Positions 28,918-39,658 of a stretch of DNA of 64,000 nt are shown in pieces (the first letter of the stretch is position 1; each line of letters starts with the position of its first letter). Below the pieces are notes generated by a model that did no database searches, was not told the origin of the DNA, and worked only from the letters and a program-made list of their open reading frames with translations. The position numbers and the translations under genes were made by a program. Location: NCBI GenBank assembly GCA_963663165.1, contig OY760175.1:3680001-3744000 (forward strand), in the 5' to 3' direction. Origin of the DNA: an uncultured Desulfospira sp. (GTDB lineage Bacteria; Desulfobacterota; Desulfobacteria; Desulfobacterales; Desulfobacteraceae).

Positions 28918-31900
28918 ATGTTGACTCAGTGTATGTTGTCTGGAAAATTTCGGCGGACAGCCGTTTTTTTCTTCATGGCGCTGGTTGCTCTGTGTTCAGG
29001 ATTCTGTTCTTTGCCGGTCCAGGCTCAAATCGACCTGGGCTGGGAGCAGCTGGACACACCGGAACTGCCCCCCTCTATTAAAGCCTATAAAAGCACCGCA
29101 ACCCTTCCGGACGGATCAGCGGTTCAAGCCTGGTATACCATTATCGATCTCAACGACCCCAATGTCGAGATTGATGTGGCATATCCGGGACTGGAAAACA
29201 CAAACCTCACACCGGTCGAGGAGATGAACAACTCCGAAGAACCCGTATATGTGGCCACCAACGGTACCTTTTATAATACCACCACCTATGCATCTGTATG
29301 CCCGATTGTGGATGACGGCAAGATCCTGATACTGCCTCTTCAGACCGCCACTTCCGATGGGGTTACCTACTACCCCACAAGAGGGCTATGGGGGATGAAC
29401 TCGGACCGGGAAAGTCAGGTGGTCTGGGCATTTGGATCCACCGATGACAATCAGATCTTCGCATATGAGGAACCATACCCCAACAGCCTGCTGGAAGATC
29501 CCCTTCCCATGCCGACCCTGGATCCGGCCCAGGATTATGCCCCTGACGGACGGGCCATTCCCACCGGTTATGTTTATGAGCCTGCCGAAGCCATGGGAAG
29601 CTACGGCGTCCTGATCAAAAACGGTGAGGTCCTGGACTATGATTCAACCGATACGGATAATTGTGCACAGGATCTTAACTGCCACTACTGCAACGAACTG
29701 CTGGGCACCAATTTGTCATTTACCCGCCATCCCCGTACGGCCATTGGAACAACCATGGACCGCAAACATATCATCCTCCTGGTGGTTGATGGCCGGTCTG
29801 TGAATTCCGTGGGTGCAACACTGGAAGAACTGGCTGAAATCATGGAAGGAATCGGCGCCTATGACGCACTGAACCTTGACGGCGGCGGCTCCACATCCAT
29901 TACTGTGAACAACTTTGACGGGGTTCTTGAAGCGCCTTCCACCGGTAACGGGGACAACAGCTCCGACGTTCTGAACACGCCCAGCGACGGGTATATGAGA
30001 TCGGTTTCCAATTCCATTTTGATCAAACGCCGGCCCCTATATTTTGATGCCGACACAGACCAGTCCTACTATACGGAAGAAGGAGACGGCTGGTTCCCCA
30101 CCGGGAATTCCGGATCTTATCCCGATGATGACAGCCCCACGCGGCTTGTTGCTACCGTGGGTACAGATGCTCAAGGAACTGCCACGGCGTCCTTTGCCCT
30201 TGAAGGAATCGTGCCTGCTGAATACGAATTGAGCGCATATTGGGTCGGCGCGCCTAACCGGGCCGACAACGCCCCCTTTACCATTGAAAGAAACGGGTTT
30301 GATTCGACGATAGTCCGCATGGACCAGACCGATGCCGATACCCAGTTCAACAAGATCGGTACGTACCACTTAAGCGCCGATGACATCGTGAAGATCACCA
30401 ACAACGCAGACAACGATTATGTTGCCATCGACGCCTTGCGCCTGCGTTATGTTGGGGAAAGTACCCCAACGGTTACGTTAGGGTCTTCTTCCACCATGGC
30501 TGCCATTCAGAGCCAGAAGATTCAGCAGAGCGTCACTATCAGCTCGCCCAACAGCGCGGTTTTTCCCACAAAGATCAATGTGTATAAATCTGTCGATGAA
30601 GGGGAAGAAACACTTTTTGACAGCGTTGATTTTTCCGGTACCAGCCTGACCGAAACCTACACCCTTGACTATGAGGTGACCGAAACCCAGAATTCAACGG
30701 TGACATTCCGGTTTGAGGTAAAGGACAACCATCGCCATACGGTGATGACCAGCATGGATATCAATGTCATGGCCTTCAGCCTGACCTTTGATCCTGAGGA
30801 TCTGGATTCAAGCATGGAATCCGGGGATTCCCTGGCGTTCAACATCAACCTGGATACCGGCAGCCCTGAGGTCACCATGACCCGTCTTACGGTCTATGTA
30901 TCCAGAAACGGCGGGGATCAAGAAATTTATCAGTCCTATGACCTTTCCGCTTCCAGTGAAACCATTGCCTTCAGCTATCTTGCAGAAGACGAGGCCGGAA
31001 ATGAACTGACCTTTACCTTTGTGGGAACCTCCTCGGACGGCAGCCAGTCTGAAACCACCTACACGGTTGCCATTGAGCCGGCAAAGGGGGATTTTACCAT
31101 CGGGTTTATCTCAGACATGAACGGATCCTTTGGCTCCACCACCTATGATTCCTACGTACAGGAAGCCGTGGCCCTGTTTGTCAGCCAGGGTGTGGATCTG
31201 GTGATCAGTGCCGGTGACATGGTGGCAGGGCAATGCTCGACTGCTTCAACCTGTGATGAAGCCGCCATGTGGGAAGGGTTTGACACCGCGATTTACAGTC
31301 AACTCAAGGATGCCGGCATTCCCTTTTTGTTCACCCTGCAGAACCATGATGCCGGGAACAGCTGGGACCTTTCCGCAGCCATTGAATTCTGGACCGATAC
31401 GGACAATGTCCCCCAGGGCACGACCCTGACCATGGTAGATGATACGGATTACCCGAAAAACTACTCTGCTGTGCTGGATTTTGACGGAGACGGAACATAT
31501 GACATCTTTTTTGTTTCCGTATTCAACCCGGGAGACGACCTTGATGAGGATGAGCTGGCCTTCCTGGATGCTACGCTGCAATCAGAAGAAGCCAAGTCCG
31601 CCCGCCTGCGGATCGTGGATACCGGGCAGCCCCTGTACGCTGTAAGCAACCCTAGAAACTCAGCAGGCTATGTCACCGGCCCCAGGGATGAAATTACCCA
31701 AATCCTGCGCGACCGTAACGTGGACCTGTTTGTTTCAGGGGACAGTGCCGCATATTTTCCGGGCAAACGGTTTGATATCAAGATGCTGAGCCTGGCTGAA
31801 ATGGGCGGAACGGGCAAGGCATACATCGGCGAAGACCAGGTGCCGCCCACGGCTGTTACCTGTGCGAACATCTTTAAAAATGACGACTATTACGGTGAAA

Positions 31901-34900
31901 ATGCCATTGTTTTAACCACCTACGACATCTTAAATGATTTTGACATTGTCAGAAAAGAGACCCTGCCCAAAACCCTGATCGGTTTTGATGATGAATTTAT
32001 CATCCGGGATGATACCCCCATCACCAACAGCGGGGCCACCGAGCTTTCCTCCATGAACCTGACCGAGCCCTTTGCCTCAACTGCTGCGGGCAGTGCCACC
32101 ATGATTGTGGGAGACGATACGGTCACCATCCAGGGCTCTTTTTCAGGCCTTGGCGCTTCGCTTCTTTCAAGCTTTGACGCCATCGGCCTTTACCGGGGAC
32201 GAAACGGCGAAGACGGAGAACTGGTCCAGACCCTGGATGTAAAAACCACAAACGCCCTTTCCGGAACCTTTTCGGCAAGCTATGCCAGAACCACGGAAAC
32301 CCTTGATGCTCTGGCCGCAGGACTCTATTACATCCAGATCAATACAGCTGATCTGCCGACAGGTGCCTTAAGAGGCCAGCTTTACAACACTGAAACCAGC
32401 AATGCGCCGGAATCCATCACTTTTACAAACACGGATTCAGGAGATACAGTCAGCGTGCGGAATGTGTCTGCCCTCCTGATTGTTGAATGGACCACAGCGG
32501 AAGATAAAGAAAAATCCCCGGTCACTTATACGTATCAGCTTTCCACATCGGCTGACTTCAGCGAGGGGAGTCTGCTGGTCAACGCCTATGTGGGAACAAA
32601 CAACTATTACCAGGGAATGACCGAAGCCCAATGGCTGGCTCTTCTGGATGGAAGCAGCGAAAAAGTGCTTTACCAGAGAATCATTGCCAGTGACGGACAG
32701 ACCATTGTTATCGGCCAGGCTCAGGAAATCAAATTGACGGAGAACTCAAATCCCGTTGAAGGTGAGGTCACGGTAGAAGCGCCCAACTTCCAATACCAGG
32801 GGATCTTTGCCACCCTGGGTACCGGGTTCACCGTGTATGACATTGCCATTGACGAAACCACCGGCCGTATCTGGGCCAACAACTATTACCATGGTCCTTA
32901 CTGTTTTAATACGGATGGAACCATTCACAAATTCTCTGATTCCGGCATCGGATACGGAACCGATGCCAACGGCAACGATTTCATCAACGCCATAGACTTT
33001 AACGGCAATACCTTTTCCGACGGATATTGCTATGGTGTGGAGTATGACCCGGACGGATATATTCTCGTGGTAACAGACGGCAACCTGTTCAAGCTGGATG
33101 CCTATACCGGCAAGCCGGTTGCCTTCTGGGATTCTCCCACCAGCATAGGCTCCAACCCGTCCATGGCCGATGACAAATCGGTTTTCATGAGTAATGTTTA
33201 CCCGGGCAATGCCGCCTATATTGTTAAACCCAGCAGCACTGTGCAGGGAGAATACGACATTGTTACGGATTTTGGAACAAGCCTTGCTGTATCCGGCAGT
33301 GTAACCAGAACCTCAGCATACTCTCCTGAAGGCGACCGCATTTATCTTGTTCCCACCTCATCCTCCCCTTATGTTTCCGTGTATGCCAGGGTCGACGGCG
33401 AGTGGGTCAGACAGGACAACTTTGAAATGCCCGCATCCACAGGTTCCGACGCCGTGTATGCCGGTGAAAACCAGACCATGTGGGTGATCAACGAAAAAAG
33501 CACCAACCCGCCCAATCTAATATATGTGGATTTTACCAATCAGGAAACCTGGAATCTCTATCTTGAAGATATAGAAGAATCCGATATCCGGGCCATGACT
33601 GTAAGCCGTGACGGTAAAACCGTTTATGTCGGCGGCAGCACGGCCATTTATAAATACCAGGTGGTCGAAGAAGGCACTCAAGAAGATCCAAGCCTGATTT
33701 CCCTGAGCCAGGCCACTGCCCTGGATGATGATGATTCTGCACAGCTTCTGGGCGAAACCGTCAGGGTTCAGGCTGTGGTCACCACATCCAACCTGGCGGC
33801 AGACGGCCTGGAATTCTACGGCGAAGATGCCGGCGACCAGGTAAAATTCTTTGCGGGCACTGTAGTTGACGGGTATACCCCCAAAGCCGGAGACCTTGTT
33901 GAGGTCAAGGGACAGGTCCTTGAAACCCTGGGACAGGTGTACATCCAGCCCGAAAGCATTGAGCTGGTATCCCAAGACCAGCCCCTTGCCCGTCGCCCCC
34001 TGGTGACTGAAATCGGGGAGGATCAGGAGTCCCAGGTGGTTATTATCCCGGGGATTTCTTTGACCGATGCGGATCAGTGGACCAACGATGGATTCTTTGG
34101 TTTTGAGGTGACTGCGGCCAAAGAAGACGGATATTCCTTTAACCTGTTCATTTCCAAAGGCACGGATATTTTTGGAAACGAAGCCCCTGAAGGAACGTTT
34201 ACCGTAACCGGCGTGGTTCAGCAAAAAGGAGATGAGTACATTGTAACCCCTCTGTCCACCATGGATATCGGGCTCGAAGGCCAGGTGAGTACCGCCATGA
34301 TGACCAAATACCTGCCCGCCACCAGCAACCGGGTCACCTTCAGGGCCACTGCCGCCAGATCCCTTGGCCGGGTGAAAACCAGTGCCTATTCCTGGTACCG
34401 AAACGGTTTTCAGGTGGATTCCGACAATGACTGGGAAACGGTAACCGGACGGTTCTATGCCTGCCGGAACCTGAATTACGGCGACGTGCTGGTTGCTCAT
34501 GTAACCACCGCGGACTCTGTTTACCCATACGCATCCATTCCTTTTGCGCTTGGCATGGCTCCGGAACTTTCGGCAGATATAACGGACAACGCCCCTGGCG
34601 AAACCATCACCATCACCTTTGATGAAAACCAGAAATGGGCAGCTGCCATTGAAAAGATCGTCCTGGTTTCAGGAGATCAGGAAATCCTCATCTCCCAGAT
34701 GGGCGGTGAAGGCGAACTCCAGGGCCAGGAAGCGGAAAATCTTGCCCAAAAAAGTGTTGAAGTTGATTCAGCGCAGTATACAGTAAACACCACCGGTATT
34801 GTATTCAGCGCTGAGACTTTTGACCAGGTCGGGACTTACACCGTAATGGTGTATGCGGACGGTTACCGCCTGAATACAGTGGATCAGGAGATCCTTACAG

Positions 34901-37377
34901 CCTCTCCAACTGTTGAAACCGACAATGAGGACAATGACCTGCTCAATGATATCGTCATTACCTTTGAGCCGGATGAGGACTGGGCAGCAGCCGTGACCGG
35001 GGTATTCATCAATGGAACCGCCCTTGAAGCCGGTGACTACACCATAGAAAACGGGCAGCTGATCATCTATGCCGGTGTTTTCCCAGGCGCAGGAACCCTG
35101 ACGGTAACAGTTGAGGCTGACGGCTACACCGACAGGACCTTTGAACAGACCATTGTTCTGTCTACGCCGCCTGCCCTGACCGCTGACACCACCGATAATG
35201 TGGTGGGCCAGGCCATTGAAATTGAATTTGAGGCCAATGCCATCTGGCAGGGCTATATCACTGAAGTCCTGGTGAACGAATCGCCCCTGTCTTCAGATGA
35301 CTATACCATCGACAACGGTGTTCTCACCCTTGTCCCAGGCGTGCTGGGCCAGGTCCGGGAGTACGTCATCACCGTATCGGCGGACAACTTTGACGACACC
35401 GAAGTGGCCCAGCCGGTACTGGCCGCTACCGTGCCTGAGCTGATCCCAGCAGAAGATGTCTCCATCTTTGATGATGTGGTTATTACCTTTGAGGATAATG
35501 CGGCCTGGCGGTCGACTGTCCTCTCCGTAATCGTGGACGGGGAAGCACTGGATTCCAGCGCATGGACCCTTAACCAGGGAAATCTTGTCATTGCAGCCGG
35601 AACGTTTTCAGAAGCTGGCGATTATGAGATTCAGGTAACCGCTGGTGTTGCCTACCAAGTGGCTACGGTCACCCAGACCATTAACGCCCCTGAATATACC
35701 GTTTCCGGAACCGTGACCATGGATGGTTCAGCTCTGGCTTCCGTGGATATTATCCTGGACCAGCTGCTGGAGATGGATTTTGAAGGGAATCTTAACGATA
35801 CCAGCGGCAACGGCAATGAGGCAAATTCAGCCAATGTCCCGGTATATGATGACGATGCAGACCAGGGCCAGATTCTGGATTTTGACGGGTCTTCGGATCT
35901 GGTGAACCTGCCTGACTTTGTCCTTGAAGGAGACTACAGCATCAGCCTCTGGCTCAACCCGGATGTTATTGAAGGGACACAGGGCACAGGGTCTTACAGC
36001 CGCTCTTTCATGGCCTATTATGAGGACAGTGACAATGCCTTCAGGTTTACCATTGAGAACGGATATATCATCGCCTCCATCATCTCAGGCGGCGAAGAGG
36101 TCGGCGTGGGAACCCCTTCGGGCTCGCTTACAGCAGACCAGTGGGTCCATGTCACCATTGTTGTCAAAAAAGGAAAACAGGCGCGGGTTTACCTTGGCGG
36201 CCAAGATCAGACCGATTCTTCCTACGCCTGGAGCCGGGGCACGGATGCAGGGCTTACCCTGGGAGCCAGAAACAGTGGAGGCGGCCATTTCGACGGCCAG
36301 ATGGACAGCCTGATGATCTGGAACCGGGCCCTGACGGCAGAGGAGGTTTCTGATCTTGCCTCTACCGGAAAAGGCCCCAGGGTGGTAACTGGTACCGATG
36401 GGACCTACACCGCCCAGGTCTACTACGGCAAGGACCTGATCCTGAAACCTGAGTTCTCAGGTGTTACGTTTACGCCTGAAATGGCAGGTTTCACCAATAT
36501 CCAGGCCGATATCACCCAGAATTTTACCGGTGAGGGAGAAGTTTCCCTGGCCGTCCCCAACCCAATTGCCAACATGTCGGTGGACACCTCATCCGATCTG
36601 GTGATTGATCTTTCCGCCATGATGGCAGATCCTTCAGATCCACAAGCCCAGGTGTCATACACCCTGGTTTCCAACAGTGATTCTGATTTCATAAATGCCG
36701 TTATTTCCGGTACTGAACTGACACTGTCCTTTAAAGAAGTGTACGGAAAGGCATCCATTGAAATCAAGGGCACGGCCAACGGGAAAGAAGGGTCTGACAG
36801 TTTTATTGTAGAGCTCAATCCCTATTGTGAAGCTGGGGGCGGAGGCGACTGGGAGTATATCTTTGAGGTGAACCTGATCGGCTCTGACGATACCGACCTG
36901 ATGACCAATGAATCCGGCCAGACTCAGTACAGCAATTACCGTTACAGTTCAATCACCCAGGTAACTGCCGGAGAAACCATTACCCTGCGTGTTTCCAGCA
37001 AAGACTGGTCTAGCGACGAGGTTTTGGCCTGGATCGACTGGAACCAGGACGGAGACTTTGAGGATGACGGGGAGACCTACACAGTTGGTACAGGATGGGG
37101 AACCGAGACCCTTGGCACCTACCTGCACGCCTGGTCTTATGACATAACCGTACCCGAAACGGCCAAGACCGGTAAAACCATGCTCAGAATCCGCCACCAT
37201 GACGCCAGCGCAAGCGGTGCCAACACCACCCCCTGCGGCAGTTCAAGTTATGGGGAAGTGGAAGACTACGGTCTGGATATTCAGGCGGCTGCCGGCACGG
37301 ATGACACACAGGTTGAAGCGGCTTCTTCTGCCAGTACCACAAAAAGCCGCGCCAAGGCAGTAAAAAAGAAAAGATAA
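28918..37377 (+). CDS. 2819-aa secreted multidomain protein: NAGPA-like phosphodiester glycosidase, golvesin-like, Ig-like, calcineurin-like phosphoesterase, CHRD, SusE-like, beta-propeller, OB-like, DUF1533-like repeats, LamG, GEVED
   Basis: Signal peptide; HPRTAIG/LNLDGGGST; SDMNG/AGDMV/NHD; GLYYIQINT..GALRGQL; PPALTADTTDN..YTIDNG repeats; QWVHV..FDGQMD..IWNRALT; AWIDWNQDGDFED..GEVEDY. Confidence 0.85.
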   Translation: MLTQCMLSGKFRRTAVFFFMALVALCSGFCSLPVQAQIDLGWEQLDTPELPPSIKAYKSTATLPDGSAVQAWYTIIDLNDPNVEIDVAYPGLENTNLTPVEEMNNSEEPVYVATNGTFYNTTTYASVCPIVDDGKILILPLQTATSDGVTYYPTRGLWGMNSDRESQVVWAFGSTDDNQIFAYEEPYPNSLLEDPLPMPTLDPAQDYAPDGRAIPTGYVYEPAEAMGSYGVLIKNGEVLDYDSTDTDNCAQDLNCHYCNELLGTNLSFTRHPRTAIGTTMDRKHIILLVVDGRSVNSVGATLEELAEIMEGIGAYDALNLDGGGSTSITVNNFDGVLEAPSTGNGDNSSDVLNTPSDGYMRSVSNSILIKRRPLYFDADTDQSYYTEEGDGWFPTGNSGSYPDDDSPTRLVATVGTDAQGTATASFALEGIVPAEYELSAYWVGAPNRADNAPFTIERNGFDSTIVRMDQTDADTQFNKIGTYHLSADDIVKITNNADNDYVAIDALRLRYVGESTPTVTLGSSSTMAAIQSQKIQQSVTISSPNSAVFPTKINVYKSVDEGEETLFDSVDFSGTSLTETYTLDYEVTETQNSTVTFRFEVKDNHRHTVMTSMDINVMAFSLTFDPEDLDSSMESGDSLAFNINLDTGSPEVTMTRLTVYVSRNGGDQEIYQSYDLSASSETIAFSYLAEDEAGNELTFTFVGTSSDGSQSETTYTVAIEPAKGDFTIGFISDMNGSFGSTTYDSYVQEAVALFVSQGVDLVISAGDMVAGQCSTASTCDEAAMWEGFDTAIYSQLKDAGIPFLFTLQNHDAGNSWDLSAAIEFWTDTDNVPQGTTLTMVDDTDYPKNYSAVLDFDGDGTYDIFFVSVFNPGDDLDEDELAFLDATLQSEEAKSARLRIVDTGQPLYAVSNPRNSAGYVTGPRDEITQILRDRNVDLFVSGDSAAYFPGKRFDIKMLSLAEMGGTGKAYIGEDQVPPTAVTCANIFKNDDYYGENAIVLTTYDILNDFDIVRKETLPKTLIGFDDEFIIRDDTPITNSGATELSSMNLTEPFASTAAGSATMIVGDDTVTIQGSFSGLGASLLSSFDAIGLYRGRNGEDGELVQTLDVKTTNALSGTFSASYARTTETLDALAAGLYYIQINTADLPTGALRGQLYNTETSNAPESITFTNTDSGDTVSVRNVSALLIVEWTTAEDKEKSPVTYTYQLSTSADFSEGSLLVNAYVGTNNYYQGMTEAQWLALLDGSSEKVLYQRIIASDGQTIVIGQAQEIKLTENSNPVEGEVTVEAPNFQYQGIFATLGTGFTVYDIAIDETTGRIWANNYYHGPYCFNTDGTIHKFSDSGIGYGTDANGNDFINAIDFNGNTFSDGYCYGVEYDPDGYILVVTDGNLFKLDAYTGKPVAFWDSPTSIGSNPSMADDKSVFMSNVYPGNAAYIVKPSSTVQGEYDIVTDFGTSLAVSGSVTRTSAYSPEGDRIYLVPTSSSPYVSVYARVDGEWVRQDNFEMPASTGSDAVYAGENQTMWVINEKSTNPPNLIYVDFTNQETWNLYLEDIEESDIRAMTVSRDGKTVYVGGSTAIYKYQVVEEGTQEDPSLISLSQATALDDDDSAQLLGETVRVQAVVTTSNLAADGLEFYGEDAGDQVKFFAGTVVDGYTPKAGDLVEVKGQVLETLGQVYIQPESIELVSQDQPLARRPLVTEIGEDQESQVVIIPGISLTDADQWTNDGFFGFEVTAAKEDGYSFNLFISKGTDIFGNEAPEGTFTVTGVVQQKGDEYIVTPLSTMDIGLEGQVSTAMMTKYLPATSNRVTFRATAARSLGRVKTSAYSWYRNGFQVDSDNDWETVTGRFYACRNLNYGDVLVAHVTTADSVYPYASIPFALGMAPELSADITDNAPGETITITFDENQKWAAAIEKIVLVSGDQEILISQMGGEGELQGQEAENLAQKSVEVDSAQYTVNTTGIVFSAETFDQVGTYTVMVYADGYRLNTVDQEILTASPTVETDNEDNDLLNDIVITFEPDEDWAAAVTGVFINGTALEAGDYTIENGQLIIYAGVFPGAGTLTVTVEADGYTDRTFEQTIVLSTPPALTADTTDNVVGQAIEIEFEANAIWQGYITEVLVNESPLSSDDYTIDNGVLTLVPGVLGQVREYVITVSADNFDDTEVAQPVLAATVPELIPAEDVSIFDDVVITFEDNAAWRSTVLSVIVDGEALDSSAWTLNQGNLVIAAGTFSEAGDYEIQVTAGVAYQVATVTQTINAPEYTVSGTVTMDGSALASVDIILDQLLEMDFEGNLNDTSGNGNEANSANVPVYDDDADQGQILDFDGSSDLVNLPDFVLEGDYSISLWLNPDVIEGTQGTGSYSRSFMAYYEDSDNAFRFTIENGYIIASIISGGEEVGVGTPSGSLTADQWVHVTIVVKKGKQARVYLGGQDQTDSSYAWSRGTDAGLTLGARNSGGGHFDGQMDSLMIWNRALTAEEVSDLASTGKGPRVVTGTDGTYTAQVYYGKDLILKPEFSGVTFTPEMAGFTNIQADITQNFTGEGEVSLAVPNPIANMSVDTSSDLVIDLSAMMADPSDPQAQVSYTLVSNSDSDFINAVISGTELTLSFKEVYGKASIEIKGTANGKEGSDSFIVELNPYCEAGGGGDWEYIFEVNLIGSDDTDLMTNESGQTQYSNYRYSSITQVTAGETITLRVSSKDWSSDEVLAWIDWNQDGDFEDDGETYTVGTGWGTETLGTYLHAWSYDITVPETAKTGKTMLRIRHHDASASGANTTPCGSSSYGEVEDYGLDIQAAAGTDDTQVEAASSASTTKSRAKAVKKKR

Positions 37378-37431
37378 GGACTGGATATCCAGCCTTTGAA
37401 TATCCTCTAAATTTATAACCTTTAAACAGCC

Positions 37432-37478
37432 CCCACCCTGCCATCGGGCTATCCCGGTGGCAGGGTGGGCACAAAAAA
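37432..37478 (+). terminator. GC-rich hairpin downstream of the giant gene
   Basis: CCACCCTGCCATCGGG-ctat-CCCGGTGGCAGGGTGG. Confidence 0.55.
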
Positions 37479-37528
37479 CAATTTTCCGGGGCAGGGGGCT
37501 TCCTGCCGGAAGCGTCTCCCCAAAAGAC

Positions 37529-37565
37529 AAAAAGCCCTGACCAAAATAATTTGATCAGGGCTTTT
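37529..37565 (-). terminator. Intrinsic terminator of the rRNA operon
   Basis: AAAAGCCCTGA..TCAGGGCTTTT immediately after the 5S 3' end. Confidence 0.8.
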
Positions 37566-37574
37566 AGAAAAATA

Positions 37575-37692
37575 ACCCGGCAGCGTTCTACTCTCCCACA
37601 CAGTCTCCCATGCAGTACCATCGACGCTAAGGCGCTTAACTACCGTGTTCGAGATGGGTACGGGTGTGGCCGCCTCGCCATTGCCACCGGGT
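37575..37692 (-). rRNA. rrf: 5S rRNA
   Basis: Revcomp contains CCCGTACCCATCTCGAACACGGTAGTTAAG..GATGGTACTGCA..GGGAGAGTAG. Confidence 0.97.
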
Positions 37693-38074
37693 TAAACCGG
37701 CCAGGACCTGAAACTTCTGATTAATGTACTGTTACCGCGTTCCCGGAATCCTGTAATTTGTTGTAGTAAATAATCAGCTATGTTGATTGGCATGTCAAAG
37801 TAAATTTTAGTGAAATTCAAGGCGCAAGCGAAAGTTTTAAATAAGCTGTAGTGAACTACTGCGTTTTAAAACTTTTGTGCAGCAACGCTGAATTTCGCAA
37901 AATTTACGCCGACATCAAAGAATTTAAGTTTATCTGTGGAAAAAAGTGGCTAAGCCTCACGACCTATTAGTACCGGTAAGCTCAACATGTTACCATGCTT
38001 ACACACCCGGCCTATCAACCTTGTCGTCTTCAAGGGGTCTTCAGTCCGAAGATGGGATATCTTATCTTGAAGTT

Positions 38075-38107
<33 letters not shown>

Positions 38108-38296
38108 GTACCCAACTTGGCTACCCAGCAATGCCCCTGGCGGAACAACTGGAACACCATTGGTTGGTCCAATCCGGTCCTCTCGTACTAGGATCAGATC
38201 TCCTCAAATATCCTGCGCCCACGAAAGATAGGGACCAAACTGTCTCACGACGTTTTAAACCCAGCTCACGTACCACTTTAATTGGCGAACAGCCAA

Positions 38297-38354
<58 letters not shown>

Positions 38355-38385
38355 GCCCCGTCGATGTGAACTCTTGGGGGCGATA

Positions 38386-38424
<39 letters not shown>

Positions 38425-38863
38425 CGGCCCTTCCATTCAGAACCGCCGGATCACTAAGACCTACTTTCGTACCTGCTCGAAATGTCTCTCTCGCAGTCAA
38501 GCTCCCTTATGCCTTTGCACTCTATGGCTGGTTTCCAATCAGCCTGAGGGAACCTTCGCGCGCCTCCGTTACTCTTTGGGAGGCGACCGCCCCAGTCAAA
38601 CTACCCACCAGACACTGTCCCAAGTCCGGGTTACGGACCATGGTTAGAACACTGAAATATGAAGGGTGGTATTTCAAGGGTGACTCCACCTGTACTGGCG
38701 TACCGGTTTCCTAGTCTCCCACCTATCCTGCACATCATATCCCAAAATCCAATGTCAAGCTGTAGTAAAGGTGCCGGGGTCTTTCCGTCTTTTCGCGGGT
38801 AGACGGTATCTTCACCGCCATTCCAATTTCGCTGAGTCCCTGGTTGAGACAGTGTGGAAGTCG

Positions 38864-38945
<82 letters not shown>

Positions 38946-39658
38946 TGGGGCTTCGGTTCAGTGCTTCGCTTACGCTAACAAATCCCCTTAACCTTCCAGC
39001 ACCGGGCAGGCGTCAGACCCTATACCTCGTCTTGCGACTTTGCAGAGTCCTATGTTTTTAGTAAACAGTCGCTACCACCAATTCTCTGCGGCCCCCAACA
39101 GCTTATTGTGTATACAAATCACCATCAGGGGCATACCTTCTCCCGAAGTTACGGTATCATTTTGCCGAGTTCCTTAACCAGGGTTCTCTCAAGCGCCTCG
39201 GGATACTCTCCCTGCCTACCTGTGTCGGTTTGCGGTACGATCACCTGTTATCTCGATAGAGGCTTTTCTTGGCAGCATGGGTGCAGTCAGTTTATGGGGT
39301 AAACCCCTCCTCATCACTTCTCGGCCTTAGAGTTCCGGATTTGCCTAAAACTCCAGCCTACTAGCTTGAACCGCCTATTCCAGCAGACGGATGACCTGCC
39401 CTCCTGCGTCCCCCCGTCTCTCAAACGATAACAAGGTGGTACAGAAATATTAATCTGTTTTCCATCGACTACGCCTTTCGGCCTCGCCTTAGGGATCGAC
39501 TAACCCTGAGAAGATTAGCTTTACTCAGGAAACCTTGGGCTTACGGCGAGCGGGCCTCTCACCCGCTTTATCGCTACTCATGTCAGCATGGTCACTTGTG
39601 CAACCTCCACACAACCTCACGGTTGCGATTCTTCGGCGGCACAACGCTCTTCTACCAC

